From the NCBI GenBank assembly GCA_002104945.1, contig MCFH01000005.1, positions 930,001-994,000 of the forward strand: a stretch of 64,000 bases of DNA, read 5' to 3'. Positions 13,687 to 26,333 of the stretch are shown in pieces (the stretch's first letter is position 1; every line of letters begins with the position of its first letter). This stretch comes from Piromyces finnis finn. Taxonomy: Eukaryota > Fungi > Neocallimastigomycota. The notes below the pieces were generated by a model, which saw only the letters and a list, made by a program, of their open reading frames with translations, was not told where the DNA came from and did no database searches. Both the position numbers and the translations under genes were made by a program.

Positions 13687-16600
13687 ATGTCTCAAGTAAA
13701 TTTTAAAGCTATTATAAATTCAAATATATTGAATAAATTAAAAAGTAAGGAGAAATTGAAATTTGGTAAAAAGAGTAGTGATAATTTAACTACTTCTTCA
13801 GAATCAACTTCAGATATTGCTTCATCGTTAGATACAAAGCCGGACCAAAATAATAGTGTGACATCTTCAGCTTCATTATCATCAAAGAAAATGAGTTTTA
13901 GTAAAAAAATAAAGTCATTTTCTTCAAAAGACAACTTAACTGATACTTCAGAATCCTCAACTCAAAAAGTGAAAGAAAATAAAAAGGATAAAAAAAGAAA
14001 AAAGAATGAAACTACTGGTCCATTTATTTGTTTATGGATGAAAGATAATATTCCATGTAATATAGAGTTTGAAACTGCTGAATTTCTTTATAAGCATTTG
14101 TGTGATGACCATGTTGGTAGAAAAGCAAATAATAATTTATGTTTAACTTGTCATTGGAATAATTGTAATTTCACAAAAAATAAAAGAGATCATATTACTT
14201 CTCATTTGCGTAAACATATATCATTTAAGCCATTTGTTTGCCAGGTATAAATATATTTTAATAAAATCTTTTTATATATAATATAAAAACAAAATAAAAA
14301 TATAATAATAAAAAAAATAATGATTAATTTTATTTATTCATATTCATTTATTCATTTTAAAGATTTGTGAAAGGGCTTTCAAAAGACCACAGGATTTAAA
14401 GAAACATAAAATTATTCATGAAGAAATTAGAATAAAGTTGCAGGATTTAAAGAGTAAATTATTAAATACTATATTTAAAAATGAAATATAATATAAATAT
14501 TGATTTTAAATTTTAAAATAATAATTTTTTTTAATAGATTCACCAAAGAAATATGAAATAAATATTGAAAATAGTAGATTTGAAAATAATGCAATGAATA
14601 ATGGATTTTATTCAGAAAACGACAATACAATACAGTATAAGAAATTTGTAAAGAATGAAAATTCTCCAAAACAAACTATAGGAAAAAGACCTCCAAACTT
14701 TGAAAATTTTAATATATCAAAGAGACAAGCTGACAATGAAAGTGTATTAAAACAAATTAATTATAATAATCAATCATCTTTAAATGTAGCCTCAATAAAT
14801 ATGTTTAATAATAAAGGCATCACAAATCTATCATCATATTTTAACCCTAAACCATTATTACAAATGAATAATAATCCATCATTTATTTTCACCGGTATAA
14901 ATGAAACATCCAATCACGTTTTTGGTGCTAATAATTCTAGTTTAAATACAAACACATTACCATTAACTGGTGTTAATAATAATACTAACATAAATAATAA
15001 TAATAATAATAGTAATAATAATTATACCAATAATAATAATAACAATAAAAATAATAATAATAATTATACCAATAATGAGATTAGTGTAATTAATAATTAT
15101 ATAAACAACATCGATAATAATTACAACAATAATAGTGCTATTAATAATGTTAATACTAATACTAGTACTAATACCAATACCAATATTAATACTTCTGTTA
15201 CTGCTGATACTATCACTACTACCATTCCTAATAATAATAATAATACATTAATTTTATCAACATCTGTAAATATGCCTACTATAAATAATACTACCAATAA
15301 TTGTAATTATTATAATAATATAAAGTCCATTAATCAACCTAATTCAAAATCTGGAACTCTTACCAACATCAATTCAGTTAATTCATTCTCAAACTTTAAT
15401 AATAATATAAATAATATAAATAATATAAATAATATAAATAATATAAATAATACAAATAATACTAATTATAATATAAATAATAATAGTAATTTTCCAATCG
15501 AGACTTCACAGTCACTATCTACCACAACATTTTCTAGTTCAAGTATTAATAATAATAATAATAATATAAAATTGAATTTATCATCATTTTCTTCCAATTT
15601 AGATTCATACAACAATAACAATAACAATAATAGTAATACTAATAATGCTAACATAAATAATAATAATAATAATACTAATACTAATAACAATATTAATAAT
15701 ACTAATAATACTAATAATACTAACATAAATAATAATAATACTACTACTACTACTAATAATAATACTAACATAAATAATAATCATAATCATAATCATAATA
15801 ATAATAATAATAATAATACTAACATAAATAATAATCATAATCATAATAATAATAATAATGCTAATATAAATAATAATAATAATAATAATACTAGTATTAA
15901 TTTTAATACCAATACTACTAGTAATAATTATGATAAAAATAATGAAACTTTAGACTTTGAATTTATTAATATGAATAATACTTTATTAATTAATGAAGAT
16001 ACCACCCAATTAAAAGATATAATTCAAAATAATGGAAATCCATTAAAAATTGTTGAAATATTCTTTGATAATATTATTAAAAATGAAATTCAACCATTAT
16101 ATAACTCTGAAATGCAATTTTATTTAGATTATTTAATAACTATCTTACAAGATCAAAATCTTATTAAACAACTAAATATCTTCCAAAATAGTGAAGATTT
16201 TAATAAAGTTATTAATTTCCTTTCTACTCTAAGTCAACATACAGAACAAACTCAAATTCAAGATTTTGGTTTACAAAGTATGGATATATTAAATTATACC
16301 ACAAAAGCTTCTTTGACTAGGGATAAATATGATCTTGACCTTGATGATCCAGAATTAATGAATATTGGTGTAGATGATTATTTAATTGATCTTCCTAATA
16401 ATAATCTTTTAAATCAATCAACAATGACTCAACCCGTACTACCAAAGCTTGAATTTGTTTCTCAACCAGTATTTAATCCATGTGAAGAAATTATTGATGA
16501 AATTATTGATGATAATGACGGTAACATAAATCGTTATGATACTGTAGTTGGCATGAATAAAACCAATGTGAATAGTAACAGTAGCGTTATGGGTATGCTT

Positions 16601-17665
16601 TCACCCCAAGGATATACCAGTAGTGAAGAAACAAATTTGGCTGGTAATTCACCACTCTTTATGGACAGTATGAAATCTTCCTTCCCATTAACACCTCCAC
16701 CTCAACAAGTCCCATATAAAACTAATATCAATACTACCAATTCTCTGTATACCGTTAATAACTTTAATTCAATTCCTAGCTATAGTAATGTAAATCCAAT
16801 AAAAATGGAAAGTATGGATAGTTTTAACGAATTAGATAAATATCAAAAGGGAAGATACCGTATTGTACGTGATAGTAATGATGAAAAACCCACTGTTCAA
16901 CTTGTTCTTAATAATCATCGTGAAAACTACACTCAAACCATGGATAATCTCATGAATAACTATATTACACTTAATGCTGCTCAATCCAAAAATACAGGTG
17001 TATCCTCCACTTGTAATAAAAATGCTGATTCTTCCTCTTCTGCTAAAACTATGTCAACACAATCTGTTGTTATTAAACGCGAAGAATATAATAATAGTCA
17101 TTCTGATAACAGATCAAACTACTTTAATTCAGATATTAATTATAATACTGAAAGAAAGAATTGCCCATCCACAAGTCCATCCGATAATAAAATTAGTTTT
17201 AATGGTCCTCAACGTTGTCAACAACAACCTCAATCCCAAGGCCAATCCCAACCACCACCACTCCAACAACAACAACAACAACAACAAAATAACAATTATC
17301 CACCAAATTATCGTAATTATAATAGTGCCAGTAAGAATAATTCTATTCGTAATTTAGTGAATGGTTATGCAAAGAATGAAGCAGAGTTAGAACAAATGCA
17401 AGATAAATTTAAAGAAATGTCACTTTCAAAATCAAAGTTTAATCCTTCCATTCAAAATAACAAGACAGATCATCCTAATCATAATAGCAGCAGTAATAAT
17501 AAGACAAGCAATAATCATCAAAATCAAAATGGTTCAATAGTCTCACAAAATCAAAATGAAAAAATGGAAGAGCACAAAATGTTTATTCAACGATTAATGC
17601 TTATATTAAGGCAAACTAGAATTCAAATTCCAAATTTATTATTATCACCCACTTTACCATCCTAA
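13687..17665 (+). CDS. pacC: PacC/Rim101 pH-response C2H2 transcription factor, about 1258 aa; join(13687..14244,14363..14453,14538..17665)
   Basis: Three fingers: CLW...[43 protein letters not shown]|[28 protein letters not shown] and [10 protein letters not shown] are diagnostic of PacC. Splicing keeps the frame with the 14594 ORF. Confidence 0.92.
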
Positions 17666-18241
17666 TATAAATCATTCCTTTTTTTATTTTTATAAATAAT
17701 TTTTCTTTTATTATTAGTTTTTATTCATCTATATCTATATTTATATATTTTTTCCAATTACTTTTTATTTTCTATATATATTTTAATTAAATTTTTATTT
17801 TCAATTTTATACTACTGTATAAAATAAGTAAGAAGAAAGTGAAATAGAATAAATATAAATAGAATGTACATAAGTTTTTTTTTTTTTTTCAAATTAAATT
17901 ATATTTAATTATTATTCTTTTACTATTAGAATGGGAATAAATATTAACTCTTAATATTTTATAAAAATTTTATTCATTTCTTGTAAAAATTGATAAAAAA
18001 AAAAAAAAAAAAAAAATTAATTTTTCTTTTCCCATAATATGTATTTATATAATCTATTATTGTATTAAGGATCAATCAATGAAACAAACAGACAAATAAA
18101 CAAATATAAAATAAATAAAAATTTTATAAAAAAAAAAAAAAAAAAAATTTATTTATTGTTTTTACTTGGGTTTAGTTTTTTAAAGTAGAAAAAAGTATTT
18201 TGTCTTTAAGAGTGGTTTATTTCAATGAATTTGGAAAGACT

Positions 18242-20171
18242 ATGCCTAGTCTATCTAGGATGTTCTTTTTCTCCTATTCTATTTAATCTCTTCATCAATG
18301 ATTTTTAAACAAATGTGAAAGGCTTGGCGTTAGCTTAGGAAATAAAACGTTGCTGTGGTAGCCTTTTCACTGATGACATTGTTCTGATTACTCCTAGCAA
18401 GAAGAACCTTCAAAAAAATGCTCAATCTAATCCTTAATTGGGCTAATTTAAATGAAAAGTCTTTTGGAATAAACAAATGTGCAACTATTGTTGTTAAACC
18501 TATCAACTTTTAATAGATCCCCTAGTGATGTCGACCCAACATTTTACATCGGTATGTACTCGATTCCAAAGGTTTCTTACTATACTTATCTTGGAATCCC
18601 ATTCGACGAAAGATCTTTCTCTGACTCCTATTCTGTCTACTATGTACAAAAAAAAAAAAAAGTTCAGACATCTTTATTCTCTTTTAAGAGCTTCCTCACT
18701 AACAATTGTGGTCGTATTGGCTTAAAAAATAGAGTCATTCATTCCTTTATTTTAATCAAAGTCTCTTATTATGCTCCTTTACTTGGTTCTAACAAAAATA
18801 GAACTCGCAGAGTCCAATCTCTTATCAATACTGCTGTTTTATGGAGTGTCAGTAGCTTTCACAATAAAAGTCTTACAAAGATTTTGTTTTTGAACGAAAT
18901 TCATTTATTAGTCTGTATGCTCTTACAAGAGATATGAAGATTCCTACCCTTTTAGGTATTTGTGCTGCGCAACAAGTGAAATGCTTTGTTAAATGGAGAA
19001 AATCAAATTGTATTATTAAAGATCTCGTCCGATCTGTTCCTCCCATGTCTCATTACTCTTGGGTTAAAGAGTCTTGTTCACTTCATAAGAAGCTTACGAA
19101 AATAAATATTAAAAGTACTAGAGATATTAGAGAATATTATTGGAATAATAGTAGCCTAAATAATGGAAGTCAAGCCATCAGATATACTAACAATAAATTC
19201 CTTAATTCAAATCGCCTAATGCATATCGGTCTCAACAAACCTCCCTTAAATTTAGGAATTACCTGGATTATTCGTATTCGATGCGGTTATGAATACACTA
19301 CCCGAATTGCTATTGCCAGTAATAGAGTTACTCCTGGCTGCCCTCGTGTTTGTCCATGTTGCGGATATGACGAACAATCTTTTTACCATTGGATATTAGA
19401 ATGTTCTGCATTCTCTGAGTACAGAACTTCTTCACTTAGCTTTCTTGACAACCTTTTTACCCTTTTTTAAAATAAATATAAGAATTAATTTATCACATAC
19501 TTACTCCCTGAAATGCAAGTAAGAAAAATAATTTATAACTATATTTTTACGTTCCTTCTTGGTGGAACTTTAGCTTATGATGAGCTACAAATCGATAAGG
19601 CGGAACAAACACATTTGAATGAACAGCTTTACAGTTCATCGGGGTCTCATGTTCCATAGGTAGAGGGCCTCGCGGCTTTTCTTACTAAAACAATCCCTAT
19701 CATTAGTAGCTCTATGAAGCTACTTTTTGATAGGTTTAGTAAGACACCTAACGTAATCAAGAGCGCCGACGTCGTACCGATATGGCAAAAGAACATTCTC
19801 AGTGTTCCGTACACAGAGTTCAATGTTAGTATTTCTTCGAATGAAAAACATTACGAACTCATGGGAGAGTTTATCGGACACCACACTATCATATCTGATA
19901 TTACTTCTTTTTTTTATTTCATTTAATTTATTAGGTAGGGACCAATCCCACACAGTACAAATTGCAGAGTTCATTGAACTTTTATGCAACTTGAATAATT
20001 ATTTTATATTATTTTATATTTATATTTTTATTTATATATATTTTATTATTTTTATTCAATATGTATTATCACCTAATATTATGTAATATCACAAATTAAA
20101 TAAATAGATAAAAGATGTGTATTCTCTTCCTAGTCTAAAAAAAAAAAAAAAAAAAATGCCTAGTCTATCTA
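18242..20171 (+). mobile_element. 5'-truncated, decayed non-LTR retrotransposon (LINE family 1) with poly(A) tail and 16-bp TSD
   Basis: Begins in the RT GC..SPILFNLFIND motif, then an F(T)DD motif, YTYLGIPF, YYAPLLGSNK and a CCHC knuckle CPCCG..EQSFYHWILEC. A20 tail at 20137-20156; TSD ATGCCTAGTCTATCTA at 18242-18257 and 20156-20171; several stops and frameshifts. Confidence 0.93.
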
Positions 20172-20557
20172 TAAATTATATAAATATTCACAAAGGGAAA
20201 AGGAAAAGGAGAAAGAGGGATAATGATAATAATGAATTTTTATTAGAGTTTATCCTTAGAATGACTATAGATATAATATAATACTATTTTTCCTTTTTTT
20301 TTTCTTTTTAATTTTTTTCTTCTTATTTTATCAAAAAAAAAAAAAAAATAAAAAAATAAAACTGTAACTTTTAATTCATATTTTTTCAACTATATATAAT
20401 AGGCAGTAAATAAAGATATATATTTTTTTATTCACAATGAAAATTTAAAACTTTATCTTTTTTTTTTTTAACTCTTAAAATTATCAAAAATAATATTTTT
20501 TAAATGATTTCTTTTTTTTTATTTTTAAAACCAAAATCTGTTTTTACAGAATTTAAG

Positions 20558-20565
20558 ATTGAATT

Positions 20566-20602
<37 letters not shown>

Positions 20603-21102
20603 TTCCGAGTGCATTTCTCCCATCGATCAGAGTTAGCTCCAATGGTGGTTCTTAGAGAAACGTTGGCTCATTCCTATTGCTAGGTGGTTGTGACCCTCCT
20701 GGTCTGTCATACTGTTTCTTCAGCTTCGACGCTCACTTAATCCATGTACATTAGATGCATGTCGTTGTACGATATTTCACAACTACAATGCTAAGCCTCT
20801 TATAGTCAATTTGATCACGTGTCAACCGCCCCCTAATGTTTACACTTAAATTGATTAAGGAATATTATGTGTTTTTGGCATAGCCTAAGTCACCACTTAT
20901 TAAGTTCTAATTTGGAATGTACCATGTACACTAGACCCTCTCAGGCCGGCTAGACGAGTGTTATTATCATAGTAGTAAATTAGAAAGTTCATTTATACTT
21001 ACCTGAATATCATAACCCAACCCATGGCAAACCCAGTGGGAAAATCCACAGGCACTGACATCTGCGGGGTCGAACCAGAAGCCTTATGTATTGAATTATC
21101 CT
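20558..21102 (-). mobile_element. SINE-like non-autonomous retroelement, copy 1 (5'-truncated)
   Basis: Poly(T) on + from 20571; about 490-bp GC-richer body differing from copy 2 at one position by eye (20662 vs 25749); 13-bp TSD ATTGAATTATCCT at 20558-20570 and 21090-21102. Confidence 0.9.
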
Positions 21103-24100
21103 ATATAATGAAATATTATTTCAAAAAAAAAAAAAAAACTTTCCTAAATTTTAAGATTATAATTTAAACTAAATTTATACTATACTACTATACTATATAT
21201 ATATATATATATATATATTTTTTAAAAAAAATTAGATTTAAAATTTATTTATAATTATTCTACATTTAAAAGTTTTTTTAACATAAAAAAAAAAAGATTA
21301 AATAGACTAATAATATTTACAGTTTAAGTTTTTTTTTTTTTTTTTTCACTTTTTAAAGTAGAGAATTCACCGTTACCTATATAAAATTTTTTATGTTTTA
21401 TTAATTAGATAAATATTATATATATATATATACTTTTAAAACTATTAAAAAAGGTTTAAAAAAAACTTAAAAGAAATATAAAATTGTATAATAAAATAAA
21501 TTATATATTATCTATAGACTTTTTTTTTTTTTTAAGTAAAATCGTTTTTTTTTTTAAAGTTGTCATAAAGTTTTTATTACCATTGCCGTTTTAAAATTTA
21601 ATTTCTTTTGAAAAAATTGAACTATAACAATTTTATAGAGTAAGACTTAATTACAACTCGTTTATATTTATTTTCATTGTTATAATAATAAATTTATTTA
21701 AAGTTTAATTAAACTTTTTTTTTTATTAAATTACTTTTCATTCTATTTCTTATCATTAAAACTTTTTAATATATATATATATAACTATCTAGTTTAATTG
21801 TAATTAATATATCCATTAATTTATAATGATATTGTTATTTAGTAATTTATTAAATAAAATTACTAAATAATTTAGTTAAAGCTCTATTATTTATATATAT
21901 ATATGATAATTTAATATTTTTTATAATTATTATTTTTCTCCTAATTCTTTCCTTTTTTCTATTTATTTCTGGTAATCCATTGAAAAGTTATTTGTAAATT
22001 ATCTATCCTTATTCACAATTAATCATTGTTAATAATATTCTATGATAATAATGTTATTTACTTTAATTATCTTTTGTTATTGTTTTGGTAAATAATATAA
22101 TTTTTTTATTGATATTGCTAGTTTTAAAATTTAGTTTAAGCTACAAATAAATATATTTTTTTTTTTTTATTTAGATTAAAATAAATTAAAATTTGTTAGC
22201 GGCAAGAAAAAAATTAAAGTTTTTTAATTATTGCGGTTAGGCTAATTTTTAATAAATATACCATAAAAAGTATTATTAAAAATAATTGAATAACTAACTA
22301 AATAAATAATTAAAAAAAGAGTTTTTTTTATTTTCTAATAAAAGCCTCTTGTTTTTAAATGATGCTTTTAATAATAAAAGAAAGATGTATTATTAAAAAT
22401 TATTTTTTATTTATGTTATATTTATTGAATTATTATTAATAAGTAATGGAGTTGTCAGCTATATCACTCTATATCTTATTGTCATGAGTTTTAAATAAAA
22501 CTATTGATATTAATTATTATTTATATTGATATATAAAAAGTAAGGTATTGTATTTATTACATTTTTTTTTTAATTTTTTTTTTTTTTTCACAGACATGTG
22601 CATGATTTTATAAGACTAATCGTTCCATAGTGACACATTTTTTTTTTTTAAAAAAAGGTTTTAATAAATATTTTTTATAAACTATCCATTTCTTATGCAT
22701 ATTTTAATTAAAACTCATGTCTATGCGTATTTTTTTTTTTTAATTATTATTTAAAATTATCAACAATAATTTTCTATTAATAGAAATATTAAACCAAAAA
22801 TCAGAAAGAAAAAAAAAAAAAGAGGATGAGTAATCCATTAAATCCAAAAAAAAAAGTTAATACAATGATAATGACATGTTTTAAAGTTTAATAAATTAAT
22901 ATAAAGCATTATTAATTAAAATAACAATAATAATAAAACTAAATATTAGACATTTCATAAAGGATATACTTAAGAAATCAAATTTATAAGCCCTATTTCT
23001 TTCATATTCATATACTTTTTAAAATGATGCTATTTAAAAAAAAAAGTGTTTATACACAAATTAGTTGATATCTTTTACCTAAAATATTATTAAAACGGTT
23101 TTACTTTATTTTATTTCAATCAAAAAAGAATAACTTCTTATTTTTTTAATTAAAAAAAAAAAAAATCTTTTATGGGTAAAAAAAAGAATAAAGTTTTTTT
23201 TTTTTTTAAATTGAAAAATATTAAACCTTATTGGATGCTGATTTTAAATTAATTTTTTTTTAATTATTTCAATCCTTTCCTTTATTAAATTCTGTAAAAA
23301 AAAAAAAAGTTAGCTGCTATGGTTTTTTGCTTATAAAACTGAAATAGAAAAACGATTATTAGAGTCATAATATAATTATTTATTACCCTTTTAATGTTAA
23401 TTTATTTTTACTAATTAGTTCCATAGTAATATTTTATTTTTCCATCTTATTTCTTAGATATTATTTTTTTTAAAGTTTATAATAATTATATAAATTATCC
23501 TAGATAAATTGTTCTTTCATTTATTTATTTTAGCTAATAAAAATAAAAAAAAATAATTAATTTTATTTAAAAATAGCAATACCAGCACTAAAAAATACAA
23601 TTTTTTTTATTGCTTAGTGTGAATATAATACATATAATATATGTAATATATACTGATGATAAATTATACTTTTCTTCAACATAGAGTAAATTGATTTTTT
23701 TTCTTTTTTCTTTTTTTAGTATGATAATCTATTTATTTTATAATCTATTTATCCTTATCCATTTTTCTAGTAATACTTACTAATTTATTAATAAAGAGGA
23801 TCAAAGACTTATCCACTATAAAAAAATAATAAAAAAATATAAATGTTTTAAATTTTACCTGTAATTTTTTTTTTTTACAATTAATCATATTTATTTAATA
23901 ATATTAAAAAGATTAAAAATACATTAATTTTCTTTTGAGTATTAAATAGACTTTCATTTATTATTGTAAAGAAAAAAGAGTGGAAACTTCAATAGTATAT
24001 TTTAAAATCTAAAGTGGATTTTTAGTCTTTAGTATTATACTATTTTTATTGAAAACTTAAAATGAAACAATTAAAGAATTTAAATGTTTTAACTTTTCAT

Positions 24101-25650
24101 CTTTTTTTATTTGTAGCAGAAATAAAAAAGTTTTTACCATCTTTTTTTTTTTTTTTAATTATTATGTTTTAGTTTAATAAAAAAAGTTTCCGGAATAATT
24201 TCCATTGGCAAAACTTTTTTTTTTTTCCTACAAAAAAATAACAAATTTGTAGGAAAAAAGTGTCATGATAAATTGTATTTAGACTTTCTTATTTATCCTA
24301 ATTTTATTATTATTTATTATGAGAAATAATAAAACATTCTTGTTTGTAGAGTAGTATTATGATTAGTATTATTATCCATCTTCATACAAAATAACTATTT
24401 TTTTTTAATATTATTCATGTATTTAAAATCGATGAGAAACTTTATTTTATAAAATTTTAATATAAAAAAAACCTAAACCTTAATTAATATATATTAATAT
24501 TAATTTATGGAAAATAAAAAAAAAATATGTATAACAGAAAGTAAACAAAAAATGGATAGTATCATCACATTCATTATTACTGCACATGTATATTTTTTTA
24601 TTTATACCTAAAAGAAGAATGTTATTCTTTCAAAGTATAAAAGTATGAATAAATCATAAAACAACATAAAATGATATTTTATTTTTTAATATTATTACTT
24701 TTTTTTTTTTTCTATTTTTATTATAATTAATTTTAATAGTTATAATTTTTTTATTAGAAATTTTGATAGTAAAATAAAATTATCTTTTTGTAAACTTTAT
24801 TAATTATTATTTTAAGTTGTAATCTTTTTTATTATTTTCATTTTTAAATTCTATTTGTTATTTGATGGTGGTTTTACTTTTTAAAAAAATTATTATTATT
24901 TGATTTTTTGAGATTTTATTGGTAATAATGGAAAATTATTTTCAATTTCAAACTTTATTTATTATAAAATACATGATTAAAAATGATCTTTTTCCTTGTT
25001 AATAAATAATTAGAATTAAAATTAATAATAATAAAAAAAATCATTTGATATCATACTTATTTGTGTTACATTCAATTTAATGAAATGGTTTCATGTAAAT
25101 TAAAATTAATATTATTATATCGATAGATAGATAATTTAGATTATCAAAAAAGTAAAATAAATGCGTCAACTCTTTGGTAATACTTTTTAATATTTTTTAT
25201 TAAATAGTTTATTTCTAATTAAAAGATAGTTTATTAATATTATCATCAATAGTGGAAATAATAATTAAAAAGGTTGTTTATTAATAAATAAGCATGAGTG
25301 TATCTCTAATAATTTCTTTTTTTTTTTTTTTGGTATTTTACTTTTTGTTTTAGATTAATAATGAAATTTTTAATTATTCTTTTTTGCTTATCATTTTATC
25401 CATTTCATTTTTTTTTATTTTTTATATATATTAGGATAGTATTATTGACTATTTTAGATTTTTTTAAAAATTATGACTTATGTGACAATGGATTGTCATA
25501 AGTTTTATATTTTTAATAATGAAACATGTTAAACTTTAAGGTGCAATTTACTACCTATTTTTTTTTATATTTGAATAGCCTTTTTTATAGTTAATTATAA
25601 ATAATGTGTTTTTTTTTTTTTTTTTTTGAAATTTCAATATTATTTATTAT

Positions 25651-26233
25651 TTTATTTATTGTTTTTTTTTTTTTTTTTTTTTTTTTAACTTCCGAGTGCA
25701 TTTCTCCCATCGATCAGAGTTAGCTCCAATGGTGGTTCTTAGAGAAACATTGGCTCATTCCTATTGCTAGGTGGTTGTGACCCTCCTGGTCTGTCATACT
25801 GTTTCTTCAGCTTCGACGCTCACTTAATCCATGTACATTAGATGCATGTCGTTGTACGATATTTCACAACTACAATGCTAAGCCTCTTATAGTCAATTTG
25901 ATCACGTGTCAACCGCCCCCTAATGTTTACACTTAAATTGATTAAGGAATATTATGTGTTTTTGGCATAGCCTAAGTCACCACTTATTAAGTTCTAATTT
26001 GGAATGTACCATGTACACTAGACCCTCTCAGGCCGGCTAGACGAGTGTTATTATCATAGTAGTAAATTAGAAAGTTCATTTATACTTACCTGAATATCAT
26101 AACCCAACCCATGGCAAACCCAGTGGGAAAATCCACAGGCACTGACATCTGCGGGGTCGAACCAGAAGCCTTATGTATGCTAAGGAAACGCCTTAACAAC
26201 CAGGATAAAAACTGGAACGACTTTATTTATTGT
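25651..26233 (-). mobile_element. SINE-like non-autonomous retroelement, copy 2 (longer 5' end, with tRNA-like head)
   Basis: Poly(T) tail on +; 12-bp TSD TTTATTTATTGT at 25651-25662 and 26222-26233; B-box GGTTCGACCCC on the minus strand; no credible ORF. Confidence 0.9.
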
Positions 26234-26250
26234 AGGGATGATAAATACTT

Positions 26251-26252
<2 letters not shown>

Positions 26253-26328
<76 letters not shown>
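26253..26328. repeat. 76-nt poly(T) homopolymer
   Basis: Directly visible; longest homopolymer in the window. Confidence 0.9.

Positions 26329-26333
<5 letters not shown>

Noticed and set aside
15466-15844. Hydrophobic minus-strand ORFs (also 36998..37192, 37030..37218 and 56907..57272)
   Set aside because: Antisense or off-frame shadows of AAT/ACT-rich low-complexity coding repeats.
18479-20086. Several separate short ORFs
   Set aside because: Frameshifted pieces or shadows of the single decayed LINE ORF, not independent genes.
20935-20952. TAGCCGGCCTGAGAGGGT in the SINE sense strand resembles a bacterial 16S rRNA segment as I recall it
   Set aside because: Only 18 nt and the flanks do not continue as 16S; treated as coincidence unless BLAST extends it.
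20995-21089. ATACTTACCTG on + is the exact U1 snRNA 5' end
   Set aside because: No U1-70K loop (GATCACGAAG), U1A loop (ATTGCAC) or Sm site follows; better explained as a perfect splice donor on the minus strand.
24181-24259. Two adjacent small hairpins (AAAAAGTTT/AAACTTTTT and TTTTTTCCTACAAA/TTTGTAGGAAAAAA)
   Set aside because: Much of the pairing comes from A/T homopolymers; plausible as local template-switch palindromes.
25471-25501. TGACAAT-GGG-ATTGTCA palindrome and scattered TGACA/TGTCA words in the desert
   Set aside because: Short and AT-rich; enrichment cannot be shown without a background model.
25800-25870. CTGAAGA (hammerhead CUGANGA) in the SINE/LINE shared motif, with GAAA nearby
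   Set aside because: Stems I and II do not form and the cleavage-site base would be G; no hammerhead topology fits. No HDV-like fold was found at the 5' end either.
26150-26215. Possible functional tRNA gene
   Set aside because: Acceptor stem mostly unpaired, D-arm and variable region too short, anticodon loop lacks U33/R37; kept only as a SINE head.
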